Source: Eledone cirrhosa | Lineage: Eukaryota | Assembly: GCA_964016885.1 (NCBI GenBank) | Contig: OZ024740.1 | Coordinates: 211,110,001 to 211,174,000, forward strand | Direction of reading: 5' to 3' | Length of the DNA stretch: 64,000 nt | Shown here: positions 59,203-64,000 of the stretch, piece by piece | Layout of the letters: every line of letters starts with the position of its first letter | Numbering within the stretch: position 1 is the first letter of the stretch | The notes under the pieces: model-generated | What the model was told of the DNA's origin: nothing | The model's input: only the letters and a program-made list of their open reading frames with translations | Database searches by the model: none | Translations under genes and position numbers: made by a program

Positions 59203-59457
59203 AAATAAAAATAAAAGCAAAAACAAAAACCATAACCTACATAAAAATAACCGCTACCACAGTCACCAACAGTCTCCTAAACAGGAAACTTCTTCCTCTT
59301 TTTTAGCCATAATGAATCTGGCAAAAGAACTGGAAAAAAACATTCGAGCTATCACCCAGCACCACCCTCCACTATCACCCCACTGCTGCCATTAACAAAC
59401 AAACAAATTAACAACACACCAAAACAATTAAAACCATCCACTCTCGCCTCAACATTT

Positions 59458-60519
59458 TTGCTTAACGCCCAAGGCATCAGCCCTTCCACCAATACTCAAA
59501 AATGGAAGATCAAATTCCTGGAGGACTGGGTTGATGTCCATCCAAACCACATCCCTTTCTTCATCCTCACTGAAACCCAACTCAGTAACCTCCACTTGGA
59601 AGCCGAGGTGAAAGTGAAAAATGTCAAAGCCATCCGTGCTGATCGCGCTGGCAGAAGAAAGGGTGGGACTGCCATTTCTGTCCATAATTCTTTCTCAACA
59701 GAGGCTATGAACATATTTTCTAATGGATACTGCGAAGCAGTCACTGTATTCAGTCAAACCAACAACCTAATAGTAGTTGGGCTCTATAGGCCACCCCAAA
59801 CGCCTCTACCATGCTTCAAGGAATACCTCAACAGCATAAAGCGTTTCATCCAAGAGTGTCACCCTGACAACATCTTAATGATGGGGGACTTCAACCTCCC
59901 CGGAGTTGACTGGTCCACAAACAGCCTGCCACCAGGTTCTTCTGCCTCAACCTCTGACAGGGAAGCAGTGGAATCGCTTCTTGACTTCATGGATGATTTC
60001 TTCCTGTCCCAACTTGTGCCCGAACCAACGAGGTGCCACAAAAACGTCCTAGACTTCATTTTCAGCAATCACACTGACACTATCCACAATATTGCAGTGG
60101 AGAAAACTCTACTCTCTGATCATGACATGGTTCTCTGTGATCTGAGATTCCACCGTCCAATATACAAACCCAACGTCATCTCTCCTGTCCATCCATTTGA
60201 CGCTATGGATTTCCACAATGCAAACTGGGAAGCGATCAGTCATGATCTTGCACATGTCGACTGGTCCTTCACGCACACTCACACACCCACTAACATCAAA
60301 AAGTCCTGGCAGACATTTGTGGACACTGTTACAAACATATGTGCAAAACACACCCCATTAAGAACTATAAACAAATCTAAGAGCAGAATCCCTAGAAATA
60401 GAAAAACGCTCATCCGGAAAATTAAGAGAACTAACAAAAAAATCAACAAGCTGAAATACTGTCAGCAGCAACACATCAACTTGACTGCCATTTCATCACT
60501 AGAGGCTAAAAAAACATAA
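59458..60519 (+). pseudogene. LINE ORF2 apurinic-like endonuclease region
   Basis: ORF track, 353 aa, complete APE motif set. Confidence 0.92.
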
Positions 60520-60980
60520 CCTCCAAAACAATATGATGTCTATCATCAACAATCAGAGAAGAGCTGAAGAGGCCTGGGCCATTGAGAAGATCAAACTCAA
60601 TCACAAAATGTTCTTTTCATTTTGCAAAAAAAACACAAAATCACTGGCTCTACTGTTGGCCCTCTAATTGATGAAAATGGCACTCTTCAAGACAATGCTA
60701 AAACCATGGGTGAGATACTGCAGAAACAATACTGCTCTGTTTTCAGCAATCCTGATATGGCCGATCTGGGCTGTATCTGCGATGTTACTCCCCATTACAC
60801 CTTATCGGACATAACGTTTGGCGCCCCTCATGTCTTAGCGGCAATAAAGGAAATCAAGCATAATTCAGCAGTAGGTCCCGATAGGTTCCCTGCTTGTGTC
60901 TTGAAGGCGTGTCAACACCAATTTGCATCTCCTCTTGCCAATCTGTATACAATATACTATATATATATATATATATATAT

Positions 60981-61048
<68 letters not shown>

Positions 61049-61080
61049 ATATATACAATATATATATATATATACATATA

Positions 61081-61577
61081 GTATTAAGAATACTATTTAT
61101 GGTTATGTATATACTAAGACCTTTTATAGTTATATATATATTATACCCTAAATAGTGAAAGACAGTAATTTATTACTATCTTATTACTTGTAACAATCTG
61201 CCGCACTATAATCTTGTATAAATAGGACACGCGTGCATGCCACACGTGTGACTGTTGCATACACTGGCTACTCCAAACTTTCCTTTTGCTTTATCTTAGT
61301 AGACTGCCAATGTTTTATTTGAATTTTAACTTTAATTTTGTCCTTTAATATGACTGTAATCTTTGTATGTAAATTACCATGCTATATTATTATAATGGAT
61401 GTCAACCCACTGTGGATCAATATATACATATGTTTCTATATGTCTCTTGTATTGAAAAGGAGGTCAAGTATGTTAAAAATCACTGAATAATTGCTCCGAA
61501 GACTCCAAACCTCGGTTTCGAAGAAACAATTGTAAGCAGATAAATGATTTAAACAAAACTTTGTTTCATGTAATCTC
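61081..61577 (+). mobile_element. Probable solo pLTR between (TA)n tracts, with a degenerate hammerhead at 61492-61538
   Basis: UGCU|CcGAAGA-cUCcAAACC(uc)GGUUUcGAa-GAA-ACAAUUGU-A|AGCA; palindromic stem III. Confidence 0.65.
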
Positions 61578-61685
<108 letters not shown>

Positions 61686-61767
61686 TACATAGATATATAC
61701 ATATATATATATACATATATACATATACATATACATATATATATACATATATATATATATGTATACA

Positions 61768-61821
<54 letters not shown>

Positions 61822-61846
61822 CATATACATATATATATATACATAC

Positions 61847-61901
<55 letters not shown>

Positions 61902-61924
61902 CATATATACATATATACATATAC

Positions 61925-61955
<31 letters not shown>

Positions 61956-61977
61956 CATATATATATATACATATATA

Positions 61978-63960
61978 TCATCATCATCATCATCACCGTT
62001 TTACGTCCGTTCTTCCACGCTAGCATGGGTTAGACGGATTGTCCTGTTGTGGGCAGTGTCTGGTCGGCTGACCATGCCTTGCTCATATAGGAACTGATCT
62101 GGCTTGATTTCTACAGCTGGATGCCCTTCCTAACACCAACCTCATTTACAGTGAGTGCTGGGTGCTTTTTCGTGGCGCCTACACGTCCACTTTACAGTGT
62201 GGGCTGGGTGCTTCTTTGCCGTGGCACCTCCACGACCACCTTGCGGTGGGGGGAGTGGGGGCATATTGTTTATATGCTTCAGCATGTACCCATGGGAGGT
62301 CGGGTACCCTGTATTACTGCGTGACGCCAGAAGTCACGGTCGTGTGTCATTGTCTTTGAGAGGTGTAGTTGGGTAAGGTCGGCTTTTATCACCTCATCCC
62401 AAGTCATCTTGGGTCTCCCCACTCCGCGGTTTCCATCAACTTCTAGTGCTCTGCACCTTTTTATGCAGCTGTCATCCTTCATACGCATCACATGTCCATA
62501 CCAGCGTAACCGCCTCTCCTGCAGCAGCATTTGATTCCTCTTATGCTCAGTCTCTCTCTCAATTCCTTTATGCTTTGTCGTTCACGTATATTACTGTTAC
62601 ACATCCATCGGAGCATGCAGGCTTCGTTTCTCTCTAATCTACGTAAGTCTTCCACCTTCAGCGCCCAGGTCTCACTACCATGCAACATCGCTGTTCGGAT
62701 ACACGCATCATACAGTCTGCCTTTCATTCTGAGGGAGAAGCCTTTTGCAGCTAGCAGTGGTAGTAGTTCCCTAAACTTCTTCCATCCCGTTCTTACCCTA
62801 GTTATTGTACTTTCTGAGCACCCACCTCCGTTGCTAATTCGGTCACCTAGGTAGCAGAAGCTGTCTACTGTTTCTACAGGGCCCTCCCAGAGATTGGTGG
62901 TACTTGTTTCCTGTGGCTGTTTGCTTGCTGTTTCAGCACAGTTGCTGCATGTGAATCCTACATTCTTAATTAAGCTTCCTGAGATCCCGCTACATCTCTT
63001 GTGTACCCATTGTTTGCATTTGGGGCAGAGAATGGAGTTCCTACCTACACCTTTCCTACATACTGAGCAAGGCCATTTCACTGAGGGGATCTGGGTTCTG
63101 TTTTCTCGTCTAGTTACAAGGACCTTAGTCTTTGTCATGTTGACTTTGAGGCCCTTTCTCTCTAGTCCCTGCTTCCAGGTTTGGAATTTATTCTCTAGTT
63201 CTACCATAGATTCAGCTATGAGTGCGAGGTCATCAGCATACAGGAGTTCCCATGGGCATCCGGTCTTAAACTCCTCCGTTATTGCCTGCAGGACTATGAT
63301 GAACAGGAGAGGGCTAAAAACAGAGCCCTGGTGGACACCAACCTGTACGCTAAATTCCTCGCTATACTCATTGCTAATCCTAACTTTGCTGACTGCTCCC
63401 CTATACATGTACCGCTTTCACAAGCCATTCATCTACTCCTAGTTTTCTAAGAGCCCACCAGATTACTGCACGTGGAACTCTGTCAAAGGCTTTCTCAAGG
63501 TCGACAAATGCCAAGTAGAGTGGCTTACTTTTAGCTAGGTACTTTTCCTGTAATTGCCTCACAAGGAAGAGGGCATCAGTGGTGCCTCTCCCTGGTACAA
63601 ACCCAAATTGCATCTCGTCTATATTCACCCGGTCCCTAATCAGCTGTGCTATAACTCTTTCTGTTACTTTCATGACCTGGTCCATCAACTTTATACCTCT
63701 ATAGTTTCCTCTATCTAGTGCATCGCCTTTACCTTTGTAGCAGTTGACAATGATGCTACTGCACCAATCTTTTGGTATGGCCCCTTCTAGTATTACCTGG
63801 TTAACGATACGTGTGGTTATAGTGTGACCTACAGACCCAGATGCCTTCAGCATCTCGGCAGCTATACCCGATGGACCGGTTGCCTTCCCCATCTTCATAT
63901 CTCTGATTGACTTACTACGCTGCCGCTGACTTGTACTGCTGGTCCCTCTATAGGGTCTAC
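61978..63960 (-). mobile_element. 5'-truncated PHD-RTE LINE, (TA)n on both sides
   Basis: ORFs 63401-63898, 62488-63408 and 62279-62530 (YADD, C4HC3, GSETW); (CAT)n at 61978. Confidence 0.97.
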
Positions 63961-64000
63961 TTATATATATTATATATATATATATATATATTATATATAT

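Larger units (their letters stand above)
57870..60948 (+). mobile_element. CR1-like LINE, 5' half (5' UTR, ORF1, APE), cut by (TA)n at the start of RT
   Basis: APE motifs LNAQG, LTET, DR..RKGGT, YRPP, GDFNLP..W, EPTR, LDFIFSN, SDH; then SAVGPDRFP..VLK. Confidence 0.9.

Overview
AT-rich, repeat-saturated eukaryotic DNA. The SINE, RTE and MITE families and the long (TA)n tracts look like those of an octopus or other coleoid cephalopod (inference from recalled repeat families, not a database result). I can support no intact host gene, and the very long Ile/Tyr ORFs are microsatellite artefacts. The window is a mosaic of: (1) many RTE-clade LINE copies whose RT carries an inserted PHD-type C4HC3 finger and which end in (GAT)n; (2) the 5' half of a CR1-like LINE whose ORF1 combines a Myb/SANT-like domain, polyQ and CCCH fingers; (3) a Dong/R4 3' fragment; (4) tRNA-derived SINEs and small DNA-transposon MITEs; (5) minisatellites amplified from LINE coding sequence; (6) about 10 kb of interrupted (TA)n. 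The most notable signal is a set of 10 type I hammerhead-ribozyme motifs (CUGAnGA-stem II-GAAA-short stem III) in about 7 different sequence contexts. They lie in Penelope-like element (PLE) ends, several arranged as inverted terminal repeats, and most abut (TA)n tracts. All alignments and folds were done by eye.
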